64,000 bases of DNA. Source: Hypanus sabinus. Lineage: Eukaryota. This document shows positions 11,401-25,640 of the stretch, piece by piece. The notes under the pieces were generated by a model, which saw nothing but the letters and a program-made list of their open reading frames with translations, was not told where the DNA came from and searched no databases. The translations under genes and the position numbers were made by a program. Every line of letters begins with the position of its first letter. Position 1 is the first letter of the stretch. The stretch is taken from positions 90,148,001 to 90,212,000 of the forward strand of contig NC_082712.1 of NCBI RefSeq assembly GCF_030144855.1, read 5' to 3'.

Positions 11401-13851
11401 TTAAAACTTTCTACCACCAGGCAATTAATATGATCTACCATTCTAGTTAGCCCCCACACCCATCTCTATTAACCCCATCTGTACTGTGCTGTAAACACCA
11501 CTTTTAACTATATTTTATAATGCGGTTTTCATTGTAAATATGTGCTGGGATTTAGTATTTATGCCAATTTTATCCATATCCATACTTTTAACTCCAACGT
11601 TACTTTCATATAATTCCTTATAATTGTTGACCATTGTTGTTTTTGTCGCCTGTCATGCTCTGACCAAAATACCACAGTCCTAATGTATGTGTTTATATAT
11701 ATGTGTGTGTGTGTACCACATTCCTAATGTATATGGCACATAATGTTGCTCCTTGATATGTGCAAAACACGGAAAATGGGACAAATTCAGAGGGACACCA
11801 CGGGTTGGGCCATAGAGCAGACTTCCATGTTATGATCCTGCAACCTCCCCACAAAGGCTGTCCAACTTTGACCCGTGCAAGGAACACCCTTTGTTCAAAA
11901 ATAAAGCCCGCTCCTCTCCTCTCTCAGCTACAGAATTCCCGCAAACCAAATGCAGAATTTGGATTGGAGATGTTCCAAATCCATCAGTCTCCCGGTCTTG
12001 CCGAATTCCCGTCACTATCCCGAAGCAGGATGTGTGACAGGATAGCGCAGTGAGCCAGGTGGGAGGGTGGGGACAGAGGCTGAGTCAGATCCCTGGGGAA
12101 ACTGATCAATCACAGAATATGCAGAGCTGGGAGGCTCAGGAACAAGGTGACTGAGCGGCTGGTATCTGAGTTGCTGACGTCCTTTCCAGTCGGGCGTTAT
12201 TTTTCAGGCATTGGCGCTGGCTAAGACCAGCATTTATTGTTTATTCCCTACTGCCCTCAAGGAGGTGGGGTCTTCTGTCACTGCCACCATGCCTTTGGGG
12301 ACGGATTTCCAGACTTAGTGCAGACTCATGCCGCAAGAGCCCCCAGTATACAGGTAATTGCTTGGGTCTTGGACAGGCCTCCAAGCTACTCGTGCTACAA
12401 CAGCTTCCCATTTATGTAGCGGGAGATGTGTGAGAGTAGTCAAAGAGGTATGATCACACCAAACTCGGCAGCAAGGTATAAGATCACATGACAGAGAAGC
12501 CCATCAAGTCTGTTCCACCATTCCATCATAGCTGATTCATTATTCCTTTCAACCCCATTTGTCTGTCTTCTTCCCACAACCTTGATGCCCTTATTAATCA
12601 AGAATCTTTCAACCTCTAAATATACTGCATGACTTGGCCCTCACAACCATCTGTGGCAATAAATTCCACAGATTCACCACTCTCTAGCTGAAGAAATTCC
12701 TCATCTCTGTTCTAAAGAAACATCCTCGTATACTGAGGCTGTGCCCTTTGAAGGAATCATCCTTTCCACTTCCACTCTATCTAGGCCTTTTGTTATACGA
12801 TAGGTTTCAATGAGGATATCCCCCCCCCCCCACCCCACCATTCTTCTAAACACCAGCGAGTACAGGCCCAGAGACATCAAATGCTCCTCATACGTTAACC
12901 CTTCCATCCCCAGGATCATTCTCATGAACCTACTCCGGAGCCTCGCCAATGCCAGCACATCCTTTCTGATATAGGGGGATCAAGAAACCAAAGCCACTCA
13001 CGATACTGGTCTGACCAATGCCTCAATAAGTCTTAAAATTAAGCACGTTGCTTATATATTCTAATTTAAGAAGCGATTTCGGGAACATGAATGATAAACT
13101 GGGGGGGGAGGGAGAGAGTGTGATGGGTGAGAGGGGAGAGTCAGAGTCAGCATCTATGAAGGGGAATAACCAGTTGACATTTCAGACTGAGACCCTTCAG
13201 CAGGATAGGGAAGAATATGAAGGTGTGTGGAGGGCGGGAAATAACTACAAGCTGGCAAGTGATAGGTGAGACCCGGTGAAGGGAAAGGTAAGTGGGTGGG
13301 TGGGCCTTTATTGCATGGCCCACTCTCCTCCCCTATCAAATGCCTTCTTCTTCAGTTCTTTACCTTTTTCTCCTATCTCCTTTCAGCTTCTTACTTCACC
13401 CCTCCTTTTCCACCCACCCACCTTCCCCTTCAGCTGGTCTCCCCTATCTCCCCTATCACTGGCCAGCTTGTACTCCTTCCTCATCTACCCCCCCCCCCCC
13501 ACCCACCATTCCTTTTCAGAACTGATGAAAGGTCTGGGCCTGAAATGTCAACTGTTTATTCATTTCCATAGGTGCTGCCTGACCTGCTGAGCTCCTCCAG
13601 CATTTTGTGTGCTTTTCCAGCATCCGTGTCTCTGGAAGGAATTCATTACGTTGAGGGTGAGGTAGCCGCACCCGGTGTGGTACTTCCATAGCGGAATTGC
13701 CTGAAGTCACAACGACCTCCATTGACCGCGAAAAATCAATTAATTGCCCCATTCGTAAATTAAACCACACAGAGACAAAATGATGCTTGGGACAAGGTGA
13801 CTGGTGAGCTGTTCATCCACATTAAGCTCCCACAGTTGGTGTGTTACTCAC

Positions 13852-13935
13852 CTTGCCTGGTACCCAGGAACAAGCAGCTGATTACTATGTCTGAACACCT
13901 TCCGGGCGCATTGCATCACCCTTCCCCACGCCCCT
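13852..13935 (-). promoter_or_regulatory. Candidate promoter and non-coding first exon of the minus-strand gene
   Basis: Minus strand GGGGCGTGGGG GC box, CCGGAAG ETS site, then GGCAAG|gtgagt donor at 13852/13851; unique sequence. Confidence 0.3.
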
Positions 13936-14049
13936 GCTGGGTACTAGGCAAGGTCAGTAAAGCACCTGCCGTGTAGTGTGCCCTCATGATCCCCTCTCCA
14001 CACACCCTGGCATATTCCGGTCCTTCACCCTCAAGGCCGGGCTCCAACC

Positions 14050-15600
14050 AGCCAACGTTACTACTCGTGTTCTCCGTTCTCCCTCTCTCCCCTCCTGGTG
14101 CCCTGTCACACTCCCTGCTGCCCCTCCCTGCACTCAACACCTCCTCCTGTCCCTGCTTCCCTCTCCCTTAGGCTCCAATTAGCCTCCCTCTCCAAACCCC
14201 TCATTCTCCCTCCTCACCATTGATCACCACCTCCCCAGCCCTCAGTTTCACTCTTGCACTCCCTACTTCCTTCACACCTCTCAACCTCACCTCCTTACCC
14301 CACTCCCCTGCCCTCAGTCTCCCCACAATCTTCACTTCCCTCAATTCCCATCCCTTACTACTACCCCACCACTGAAATCCCTTCCCTGGCTCCTCTCCCT
14401 ACCTCTTCCCCTTCCCCACACTCTTTTCCACAATGTCCACACCATCAGTGCCGACACCCATCCTACTGCTCCACTCTAACTCCACCCCCCCCCCCCCCCC
14501 GGCAATCTAACTCAGCCGGTCCCCAATCAAAATTTCCCCAACTCTCAATACCTTCCTGCATCTCAACACCCACTTACAACTCTCCCCCACCCACCCCTCT
14601 CCCCTCTCCATCCCGTCACGCCCTTCCTGCCATCCCGCCCCACCCCTCTCCTTTCCCCTCCGTCCAGTCACCCCCTTCCTGCCATCCCTCACCCTCACCA
14701 CTCCTCTCTCCACCCCCCCCCCCCACCCAGCTCCCCTCCATACCTCCCGGTCTTCCGATCCCCCGATCCCCCCGTTCGCCTTCTCGCCGCTGCAGTCTGC
14801 GGTTCCCGCAGCCCCTGCAGAGAAAGCGCTCGGCCCGCCGTCCGCAGGCCCGGCTCCTCACGCCAGGGGCGGGCAGCCAGCCAGCCGGAGCTGGATCCAC
14901 ACTGTTCATCAGTCAGCCCCTCTGCCACAGTGCCCGTCTCCGACAGCATCCGCCTCCCTCTCCCTCTCCCCACCCCTCCCACCCCCGCTACTCTCGACTG
15001 CATGCCCTTCCCTTATCTGTCCATACTATCTGGATCTCCCTCAGTGATTCCCCCTCGTCCATCCCCCATTCCTTTTTCCTTGGGCTCTCTCTCCTTCCCC
15101 TCCCCCCATCTCTATTCTGCGTTCCCTTTCTCCCCCGATCCCGCTTCTGTCCCTGGCTTCCTCTCACTCCCCACTCTCCCTTTTCCTCCCTATAAATCTC
15201 TTTATCTTCCTCCATCACCTCCCCCCTCATTTTGCTGTATATTCTTTCTTCCTCTCTGCCTCTCCATCCCTCTCTGTCGCCCTGCCCCTCTCTTCCTTTG
15301 TATATCTCTGCTCTCCCTTCATTATATCCAGCTCCTTCACCCCTCCTTTTCCCGTATCTCCCTATTACCACCACTCTCTCTCTAATCCTCTCCTTTCTGT
15401 ATCTCCTCACCATCTGTCTCCTCTGTATCTCCTCTGTCTTTGTCTCTCTCTTCCTCCAACCACTTCCTCTCTCTTCATATCTCCCATCCCTTTCATCCCG
15501 TTCTCCATGGTCCTGCATCACCCTCCCCTGCCTGCTCTTTTCCACCTCCCTCCCTTCTCTGTCGCTGTACCCACCCTCCTCCCTGTTCTGCCTGGTTTCC
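14050..15600. repeat. CT-rich low-complexity region enclosing a small CpG island at ~14770-14950
   Basis: Long C/T tracts; CpG-dense core with GGGGCGGG near 14865. Confidence 0.8.
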
Positions 15601-15684
15601 CTCAAGCTGCAAACGTCCTGCACTGCAGACTGCTGTAATGAATGCGAGTGTCTGCAGGGGCTGCCGTGTTACCCTGGCACTCAC

Positions 15685-15756
15685 CGTCTGAAAGGCCTCG
15701 CTGAAAATGGTCTGCCTGCTTACTTCTCCCACTCCAAGGCCGGCGTTTCAACAAGA
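15685..15756 (-). other. Possible 72-nt exon (probably 5' UTR)
   Basis: tttatcag acceptor and GACG|gtgagt donor in unique sequence. Confidence 0.2.
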
Positions 15757-17462
15757 CTGATAAACCAGCCTTGGTGACGTATGATACAGAGTGACTTGCG
15801 CATTTTCATTTTTGCTGTCGTCTTGATTGGGGGGGGGGGTGGGGCTGGAAAATTAATTTCGAATTCAAACAAATGGATTGGAAATGAATGGTCAAATATA
15901 CCAAAATATAATATCAGGAGCATTGAAATCAGATTTATTACCCCTGACACTTCCCTAAAATTTGTTGTTTTGTGGCAGCAAGACATAAAAATTGCTATAA
16001 ATAAGTACGATATTACAAGGTAGTGCTCGTGGGTTCATTATCTGTTCAGAGAGCTGATGGTGGAGGGGGAAACAGCTGCCCCCTCTGCCATCAGATCAGG
16101 GTAGCAATCAATTTGTTCTTCTTTCATGTGAGCACTGCAGAAAGACAATGAATAATCCTGAGTCTGTAAATGTCATCTTTTTACACCTTGCAGTAGTGAT
16201 GGCTGGGAATCTTTCAATTTGGGAACCGCTGTCTTTCTACTTGTTCCACGTTTGAGTGCATTAGTCCATGTTTTCATGTAAGTTTTAAAGAGAGTCAGTC
16301 AGACCTCTCGGCCCATCATGTTCGGTACTTATTTCATTCACCACGCTTACTCAATAATGGTGTCTCGAGAAGGTGGCATCATCTCGCCACCCGAGATGTA
16401 CCAGAGTCAGAATCAGATTTATTTATCACAAGTACTTTGAAACATACAGTGAAATCTGTTGTTTGTGGTGCAACCCCAAGGATGTGCCCACAAGTGTGGT
16501 CACACATTCCAGCACCAACGAACTACACCGCCATGTTTGGCAGAACAACGCGGACCATACCAAGTGGTGAAGCAGCAGCAGCCAAACAAGCCCCATTCCT
16601 CCAACCCTCCCACCCACCCACCCACATCTGCAGTCCCCTAAACCCAGGGTAGGCCACCTTCGGCCTTGAGCCATTCCGGTACCAATGATTGCATACCCAC
16701 CCAGTGTTCCAAGGGACAACACAAACGGAAAAACAAAGCACGATGCCAACGGCAAGACATGCACTCATCCCTCCCGTCTGCTCACTCGCACACCCAGGGT
16801 GAGTCCCTCTTCTCAAAATCACACAGTCATTGGGCTCCAACTTTGGTCTTCAGCCCATTCAGCCTCAATTTTGGCCTTCAGGCATCAACTCCCAGACCCT
16901 TACGGATCTCTGACCCCGGTCTTCTTGTAACTACCACCAGGGAAGAGGTAGAAGAACCTGAAGACTCACACTCAATGATTCATAAACGGCTTCTTCTCAC
17001 CCCCCCCCCCACACCCTCGGATTTCTGAACAGTCCTTAAAACCCTTGACCCTCTTTGCTATTCCCCACCCTCCCAGCCTACTCATCACCCTCCACTTCCT
17101 CGCCTCCTCCCCCTTATTCTCTCCTATCAGATCCCATCTTTTTCAGCTCCTTCCTTCTTCCACGTGTCAAATCCCAGCTTCTCACTTCATTCCCACTTCA
17201 AACCTCCCTCTCACTTGGCCTGTGAGCTTGTACTCCTCCCCCTCCCCATAGCATTTTATTCGGGCTTCTGCACCTGCCCCCCCCCCCACCTTCCTTTCTA
17301 GTCCTGATGAAGGGTTTGGGCCTGGAATGTTGACTGTTCATTTCCCTCCACAGATGTAGCATGACCTTATCAGTTTCTCCAGCATTTTAGAGTGTAATAC
17401 TAGCTTGTTATTCCTTTTGTTTGCACAATTAATTTAGTTGTGTAATTTATAGTAATTCTCTA

Positions 17463-18011
17463 CACTCAGTGGCCACTTTACAAGGTACCTCCTGCACCTA
17501 ATAAAGTGACCACTGTGTGTATGTTCATGGTCTTCTGCTGCTGTAGTCCATCCACTTCAAGGTTCAATGTGTTGTGCGTTCAGAGATGCTGTTCTGCACA
17601 TCATTGTTGTAACGTGGTTACCTGAGTTACTGTCACCTTCCTGTCAGCTTGAACTAGTCTGGCCATTCTCCTCTGACCTCGCCCATTAACATGGCGCTTT
17701 CACCCCCAGAACTGCCCGTCGCAGAATGTTTTCTGTTTTTTTGCTCCCTTCTCTACAAGCTTTAGAGACTGTTGTGTGTAAAAATCCCAGGAGATCAGCA
17801 GTTTCTGAGATGGTCAAACCTCCCTATCAGGAACCAACAATCATTCCATGGTCAGAGACACATTGTTCACATTTCTTCCCCATTCTGATGTTTGGTCTGA
17901 ACAACAACTGAACCTCTTGACCATGTCTGCGTGCTTTTATGCAGTGAGTTGCTGCCACGTGATTGACATTAGTGAGCAGGTGTACAAGTGTAATAAAGAG
18001 GTCACTGAGTC
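17463..18011. mobile_element. Non-autonomous Tc1-like element
   Basis: TA-CACTCAGTGGCCACTTT ... TAATAAAGAGGTCACTGAGTC-TA terminal inverted repeats. Confidence 0.75.
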
Positions 18012-20019
18012 TATCTTTGCACTATGACTGCAAAACAACAAACTTCATTGCACATACAATAAGTCAGAGATAATAATTCTTGGGTTTGATTCACCTGTTC
18101 TGTAGCTTCCTATCCCTTGGCAATGAAAATACTTCCTAAAGTTTGGGAGCGTCTTTGCCTCCACCAATCCCTCAGGCAATAAGTAGCAAGTTCCAGAACC
18201 CCCTGGGTGAAAAATTTCTCCTCGAAATCTCCTCTCTAAATTTACAAGGATGTTGTCAGGACTCGAGGACCTGAGTCATAAGGGAAGGTTGAATAGGCTA
18301 GGACTTTATTCCCTGGAGTGCAGGAGGAGAGAAATCTTATAGAGGTGTTCAAAGATTCAAAGTACATTTATCATCAAAATATGTTTGCAGTTTTCAACCC
18401 TGAGATTTGTCTTCACACAGACAGCCACAAAACAAAGAAACACCATGGAACCAGTTTAAAGAAAAACATCAAACTCCCAATGCAGAAAAGAAAGAACAAA
18501 TCACATGCACAGCAGGAAAAAGAATGAGTGAAAAACACAGAGTACAAAATGCCAAATCACAGAGACATCTAAAGAGTCCAGGCATATTCAGTTCAGTTCA
18601 ATCCAGCGCCGTTATCTGCAGGCCACATCTCTAGCCTGCCTCGATCAAAATAGCACCGGAACAGCAACAAGAAACTGAGTGTCCAGAAACCAGAAACACA
18701 GCATAACATGAACTACAGAGTCCATTCCATAGCCAATGTCAATTGAACTTTGCCCAAAACCCAAGCAGTCTGACACCATCCTCCAGCAGCATCAAGAGAG
18801 AGAGAGAGAGACCATCCATACGTAGGCAGCTTCACTGAGTGAGAGGGGAAGAGAGAGACCGTTCATATGTAGATGGAATAATCAGGGTAAATACATGCAG
18901 GTTTTTTTCCCCAGGTTGTGAGACGAAAATTAGAAGCCATAGGTTTAGAGCAATGTGCGAAATTAAGGGGAACACACACACGACACAATGGAGGAACTCA
19001 GCGGGTAGGCATCATCTGCAGAGAGGAATAAACAGTTGTCTTCGTACAATGGGCAGAACTGCTGATTCAGAAAAGGCAAACAGTGGGGGTGTGATAAAGA
19101 AGAAACGTTTCCCCCCGATTCATTTCAAATCATCGTCAGAGATTTCAGTCAGGCTTGTTTGAAGAAATCCCTACCCAATTAACATCAGCATATAACCTGT
19201 AGCACCAGAGGTCCCAGCACATTAGACCTTGAATGGAAAATCCTACAAAAACGCACCATCCATCATCAGGGGCCACCATCACCCAGGTTATGCTCTCGCT
19301 GCCCACTGCTGCCATCAGGGAGAAGGTACAGGAGCCACAGGACAGCACCACCAAGTTCAGGAACAGTTATTACCCCTCAACCTCCAGGGTCTGTAACCAG
19401 AGGCCATAACCTCACTCAACTTCACTTGCCCCATCACAGATCTGTTCCCTCAAGCTATGGACTCACTTTCAGGGACTCTTCATCTCATATTCTCAGTTAT
19501 TGCTTATTAATTATTTTAATTATTTTTTGCTTTGTTTAACATCTAGTTGTCTTTTGGACACTGGTTGTCCACTCTGTTGGCGTAGTCTTCCGATGATTCC
19601 GTTATGGTTATTGGATCTATTGACTGTGCCTCAAGAAAACAAATGCCAGGGTTATATGTGATTTGATAATGAATTTACTTTGAACTTTTAAACCTTGAAC
19701 TTGGCTGCCTGACCTGCTGAGTTCCTCCAGCATTTTGTATGTGTTTCTTGCATTTCCAGCATCTGCAAATCGTCTCTTGTTTGTGATTGGAAATAACCCT
19801 GCAGGTCAGACGGCATCTGTGGAGAGAGAAACATGATATTTTAGGGGCAAAGCTTCTAAAACCTGAAATCTTGACTGTTTCTTTTTCCATAGATGCTGCC
19901 TGCAGTGAGAATTAACAACATCTATTTTTATTTCCTACTACCTAGGCTCCTTTTATACACCTCTATCAAGTCCCCCCTCAGCCACCTCTGCTCCAAGGAA
20001 AACAGACACAGCTTAACTG

Positions 20020-21310
20020 TTCATGATGTACATTAATGACTTGGACTCAGTTTAGTGTATCTAAGTTTGCTGATGACACTAAATTAGGTGGAAAATCAAA
20101 TTGTGCAGAGGATGAGGAAGGTCAGCAGGGAGATATAGATAGGTTAAGTGAATGGACAAGAGTCTGGCAGATGGAGTACAATGTTTCTAAATATGAGATC
20201 ATCCACTTTAAAAGGAAAAACAGAAGCTCAGATTACAAACAGGAGAAAATCAAGAGGAACACACACAAAATGCTGGAGGAACTCAGCAGGTCAGGCAGCA
20301 TCGATGGATAAGAATAAACAATTGATGTTTCAGGCCAAGACGCTTTGTCAGGGCTGAATGGGAAGAGGGGAGGTGTCCAAATTAAAAGGTGGGGGAAGGG
20401 TAAGGTGGCTAGCTGAAAGGTGATAAGTGAGGTAGCAAGGAAAGGTCAAGGGCTGGAGAAGAAAAAATCTGATGGGAGAGGAGTATGGACAATAGGAGAA
20501 AGGGAAGGAAGAGGGGACCCAGGGGAAAGTAAAAGGGAGGTGAGAAGAAGTAAAAGGCCAGAGTGGGGTATGGAGGACAAGATTATTATTTAAACGGTGA
20601 AAGGCTGCAGTATGCTGTTGTGCCAAGGGACTTGGGAGTGCTTGTGCATGGATTGCAAAAGGTTGGCTTACAGGTGCAATAAGTTGGCAAGAAGGCAGAT
20701 GGAATGTTGGCCCTTATTGTATAGGGACTGGATTTCCAGCAGGGAGGTTATGCTGCAATGTGCAGGGTATTGGTAAGGTCACACCTGGACTACTGGGCAG
20801 TTGTGGTCTCATTGCTTGAGGAAGGATATACCGGCTGTGGAGGCGCTGCAGAGGAGATTCACCACATTAATTCCGGAGATGAGGGAGTTAACCTATGAGT
20901 AGAAATTGAGTCCCCTGAGACTGTACTTGCTGGAAGTCAGAAATATGAGAAGGGAACTTACAGAAACATACAGCATTATGAAAATGATAGATAAGGTAGT
21001 GGCAGGAAAGTTGTTTCCACTGGTATCTAGAGGATATAGCCACAAGATTCAGGAGAATAGATTTAGGATGCAGATGAGGAGAGACTGGTTTTCCCAGAGA
21101 GTAGTGAATCTGTGGAATTCTCTGCCCAGGGAAGCAGTAGAGGCTTCCTCATTAAATATATTTAAGACACAGTTAGATAGATTTTTGCATTGCGGGCAAT
21201 TAAGTGTTATGGGAAAAAGTCAGGTCGGTGAAACTGAATACACGGCCGGATCAGATATAATCTTAATAAAGGACAGAGCAGGCTTGATGGGAAAGATGAT
21301 CTAATTCTAC
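20020..21310 (+). mobile_element. CR1 ORF2 3' part interrupted by a Penelope-type tail (~20250-20600)
   Basis: SKFADDTKLGG, QMEYNVSKYEIIHF and NLWNSLPREAVEA motifs. Confidence 0.85.
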
Positions 21311-23879
21311 TCCTAGTTTTTAATTTTTTTTAAGTTATCCAGTCTCTCCTCATAGCTAAGGAGTTTCATCCCAAGGTAATATCCTGGTGAATCTCTGCAA
21401 CTTCTCCACTATAATCACTTTATTCGCCATATTCAGGAAATTTGCTGAAGTGTGTTGGTGCGACATGCAACAAAAAAAAACAACATTCCATTATCATAAA
21501 GAGTAAAGAATTATATAAAATATAAATTTAGAGGTGTAAGTACAGATATGGAATAAAATGCGTGTAAGTACTTAAGTTGCTGTTCCTTCCCGAGCCTTGT
21601 GATGCATTGGGTGGCAACCTTACAGTTTCTTTAGCACGTTGTTTGTTTTTTATGAGGCCAAGTTGCTAGCTCGAAGCTGGATGGAAAGTGTGCAAGGAGC
21701 TGGACAGATCCAAACCTAGGATCACTCGCCTTGAAGCCCAGTATGGAAATCAATATACCACCAGCCGGCACAAATATGAAAATACCAGCATCCATTTACA
21801 ATGCAAACGGCATTTAAAAAACTGGTTGAAAGTGCAGTGCAGGGATGGGGGTAATAGTGGGTTAACTAGGATGGTCGATCAGATTAACTGCCTGGAGCAA
21901 GAAACTTATAAGGTGGCGTGAAGTTTTTGTTTTAACAATTCTCTCGCGCTTTTGAGAAGTGAGCTTTTGGAAAAGGCAGTTTGCAGGGTGGGTAGTGTTT
22001 GCCTTAATTTTTCCGCCCGCTTCTTTGTCCTGGACACTGGCGAGTCCTGCAGTGATGGTAGACTGCAGCCAATGACCTTTGCTGTTGACCTGACTGTTGG
22101 CTGTCGTTTCTGTGTATGTGAGAGGGTGCTGCACCAAACCGGACAGCAATAGCAATCACGCCCTTTGGGCTAAGACTCTGTAAATCAGTTCCAGTTTAAA
22201 ATAAACAACTGCTTTGAGCACCAGCATTAAGAGAGCAAGGTGTTTTTCTTCTCTCCCAGAACAAAGGCTAGGAGGGTTCCTTGATTATGTTGGCTGCTTT
22301 CCTGGGGCAGTGGGAGGTGTAGACAGAGCCGGTGATGGAGAGCCTGCGATGTGCTGAGTTGTGCCCACAACTCTCTGGAGTAATACATGCAAAATGGTAG
22401 AGAAACTCGGAGAGTCAGGCAGCCTTCTCCATGGTTTCGGCCTGAAACATCGACAGTAGATTGCTCCCGACCTGCTGAGCCCCTCCAGCATTGTTGTGTG
22501 TGTTGCTCTACATTTCCAGCATCTGCATCGATTTCTCAAACTTCCGGTAATTGGCCCCACTTCCTCTCCTTCACCATTCCTCATTCCTGTTTCCCTCACT
22601 CACCCTTTCTCCTTCTGCCCATCACCTTCCTCTGGAGCTCCTCCATCTTCCCTTTCATCCATGGTCTTCTGTCCTCTCCTATCAGATTCCCCCTTCTCCT
22701 GTACCTCTTTCACCAACCAACTTCCCAGCTCTTTACTTCACCCCTCCCTCCCCCCAGTTCCACCTCTCACCTGCCACCTTGTACTTCTTCCTCCCCTCCC
22801 CCCGCCTTTCTACTCCCCTTCCTTTCCGGTCCTGATTAAGGGTCTTGACCTGAAACGTCAACTGTTTACTCTTTTCCATAAGATGCTGCCTGCTGAGATC
22901 CTCCAGCATCTTGTGTGTTGCTTTGGATCTCCAGCATCTGCAGAATCTCTTGTGGTTATGATCCCCAACTCTCAGCAATTTAGGCAGCATAGTAGCCATA
23001 TCAAGCTGTGATACATTTAGAAAGGTTGCTTTCTATGGTGCATTGCTAAAAATTAGTGCAAGCCAACAAAGACTTGCTGAACTTTTTACCCTCCTAATCC
23101 CCATATCTAAGAAAGGATGTGTTGGCATTGGAGAAGGTCCAGAGGAGGTTGACAAGAATTATCCCGGGAATGAAAGCATTAGTGTATGAAGAGCATTTAA
23201 TGCCACTGAGTCTGTACTCACTGAAGTTTATAAGAATGGGGGTTTGGAGAAATTGCATTGAATATTGACAAACCTAGATAAGGTGGGCATGGGGAGATAA
23301 AGTTTCTGATAGTAGGAGAGTCTAAGACAAGGACAGAGTGGGATGTTCCTTTAGATCAGAAATGAGGAATTTCTTTAGCATGAGGGTGGTGAATCATTGG
23401 AATTCCTTACCACAGATGGCTGTGGAGACCAAATCTTTACTTAGAGTGGATGATGATAGATTCTTGAAGAGTAAGGACATCAAAGGTTACAGGCAGAAGA
23501 TAGGAGAATGGGTTTGAGAGGGAAAATAAATCAGACGATCGAATGCTGGAACAGACTTGATGGGCTGAATGGCCTAATTCTTCTCTGATGTCTTATGTCC
23601 TTATGCTCTCCTGAGGAAGTGGGCACACTGTTGAGGATTCATCACCAGAAAGTCAATGTGGCTGGACTAGTGCAAATTATTTGGTGATATTTACACCAAA
23701 AAATTCGAAATTCTGTATCATCTCCACATCAGCACCATTGGTACAGACAGGGACATGCACTCAACCTTGCAGACTGAGCTGGGCAGTGGCTCCTGTTTCA
23801 CTCTGCCAGAGTGATCTACAACACGATGGAATGAACAATGTGTTCTCCAACATCCGGTAACCAGAATGCCACGATTCTG

Positions 23880-24290
23880 GTCCTGTGTTTTATGGTCATC
23901 CTCCAAGAGGACTACAAGGGTTTCGAAGCTTGCGTGCCTCGATGACCCAGAGAGTTCTGTTAGCTGGAGTCATGGCTTTATGATTTGGCTCTTGGTAGGG
24001 TCACCCAGGCCAAACAGGTCAAAGGGTAGAGGCCAGACTAAGAATGGTTCACTGATCCTCCAGTTCTGGGGGTTCAGCTCAGGGCTAATAACCCTGACTG
24101 ATAAAACAAAAATTATTATGGAAGCACCAATGAAGAGTCTTTCTACATCTGAGTGTGACGGTATTCCCAAATCTTCACCCGGGACCTGCATGACTGACAG
24201 TAGTGAAAACCGAGAGGAAACTATAGTCACAGGGAGACTCCGCCTACTGTCTATGGACTGACACAAGGATTTGTGTGGCTGCAATTAATT
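23880..24290 (+). mobile_element. RTE-clade LINE 5' fragment
   Basis: ttggtagggtcacccaggccaaacagg ... gggctaataaccctgact resembles an RTE 5' UTR (from recall). Confidence 0.5.
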
Positions 24291-24299
24291 CTTCCTTTT

Positions 24300-25640
24300 C
24301 CCCAGTTTAAACTTCGAATTTTTAACTTTTATTTGTTGGATCTTAGAGGGTAATAGTTGTTACTATGTCACAATCTTTAAGAAGTGGAAAGCAGCTTCCT
24401 GAACCCAGCAATGGAAAGGGGAAAAAGCTGGAGGGAGCACCAGCTTGGGCTGAGCTTCTAGAATATTCGCTGACGGGTCTCGACAAGAAGATAGACAACA
24501 CGGTAAACTTGATGCTACCTATTCTGAGATGAAGTCATTACAAGAGCTTTCAATTTGTGCAGTAAAATAATATTTCCCTGAATTCTGAACTTAAAGAGGC
24601 AAAGTGTCAAATCATGGAGATTTCAGCTCAAAAGTCTCAAAGATTAACAGAAGATTATCGATTTGGAAGCAAGATCTCGTCGGAATAATATTCGAATTGT
24701 TGGATTGAAGGAAGGATCTGAGACTGGAGATTTATTAGGCTATTTTGCTAACTTGTTTCAATTTCTGTTTCCAGATATTTTACCTCAACTTCCCGACATC
24801 AAAAGAACACACAGAATTTTCACTTCGAAATCTCGGAACCGGGATAAACCAAGGTCAGCTTTGGTCTGCTTCCTTCGTTTCAAAGTTAAAGACCAAATCA
24901 TAAAATATGCCAGGAAACACAGAGTTTTTAAATTTAAAGGCTCCAAGATTCGTTTTTATGAAGATTACCCACGGGAAGTTATGGACCTGCAGTCTAAATT
25001 TGTTCCAACCATGAAGATAGCCTATGATAAGGGATTATTCCCATCACTTCAATATCCAGCCCGATTAAAATTACTTCTCAAAGATTTGACTCCACGTGTT
25101 TTTTCTCAACCCCAAAGTAGGATTGGACTATGTTAACTTTATTCCAGTTGTAGCCGAGGTTTGAATGGTTTTAGGTCTGCTGAATAATTGTCATTTCGGA
25201 AAGAAAATAAGCTTTGAATATTTCTGATTTGCTTCAGATGTCCTTTGATCGATCGACCATTTAAAGAAGATGTGAACTTTTTGACGTGAATGAATGACTT
25301 TTTTAAAATCGGTTTGTTCTACTGAGCGAATTAATACAACGGACAGATTGTTTGATTATTTGCTTTTATCCTCCTTTTTTCATTAATTAAGTGATAGTTT
25401 CCATAGTTCATAAGGTTTTTTTTCTTATATATAGTTGGGAGTGCTTAGTCAATAGATAATTAGTTTTTTTTTAAAGTTTTTCGATGGGCGTGTTAGTTAA
25501 ATGGAAAATGGTGCTGATTTTTCTTCAATGGAGATTACATAGGCATTTTTCTCTTTGTTTAATTTTATTGTTTTGGCATCTTTGGAGATTGTTTCTGTGT
25601 TCCCCAGCTTGTTTTTAAGGATTAAGTATAAACATTTTTT
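24300..25640 (+). mobile_element. L1 ORF1 (Transposase_22-like) fragment and spacer
   Basis: ORF 24663-25136 LEARSRRNNIRIVGLKEG...PRSALVCFLRFKVKDQI...IRFYEDY...YPARLK. Confidence 0.9.

Noticed and set aside
14254-15623. Long ORFs (313, 211, 181 aa)
   Set aside because: Products of C/T low-complexity sequence lacking stop codons; no domain signal
15600-15777. Cys-rich plus-strand reading SCTADCCNECECLQGLPC
   Set aside because: No ATG or donor context and no recognisable Cys spacing; the minus-strand donor is the only splice signal
16364-16397. Small imperfect hairpin tctcg-ggtggc...gccacc-cgaga
   Set aside because: Short, single occurrence, expected by chance
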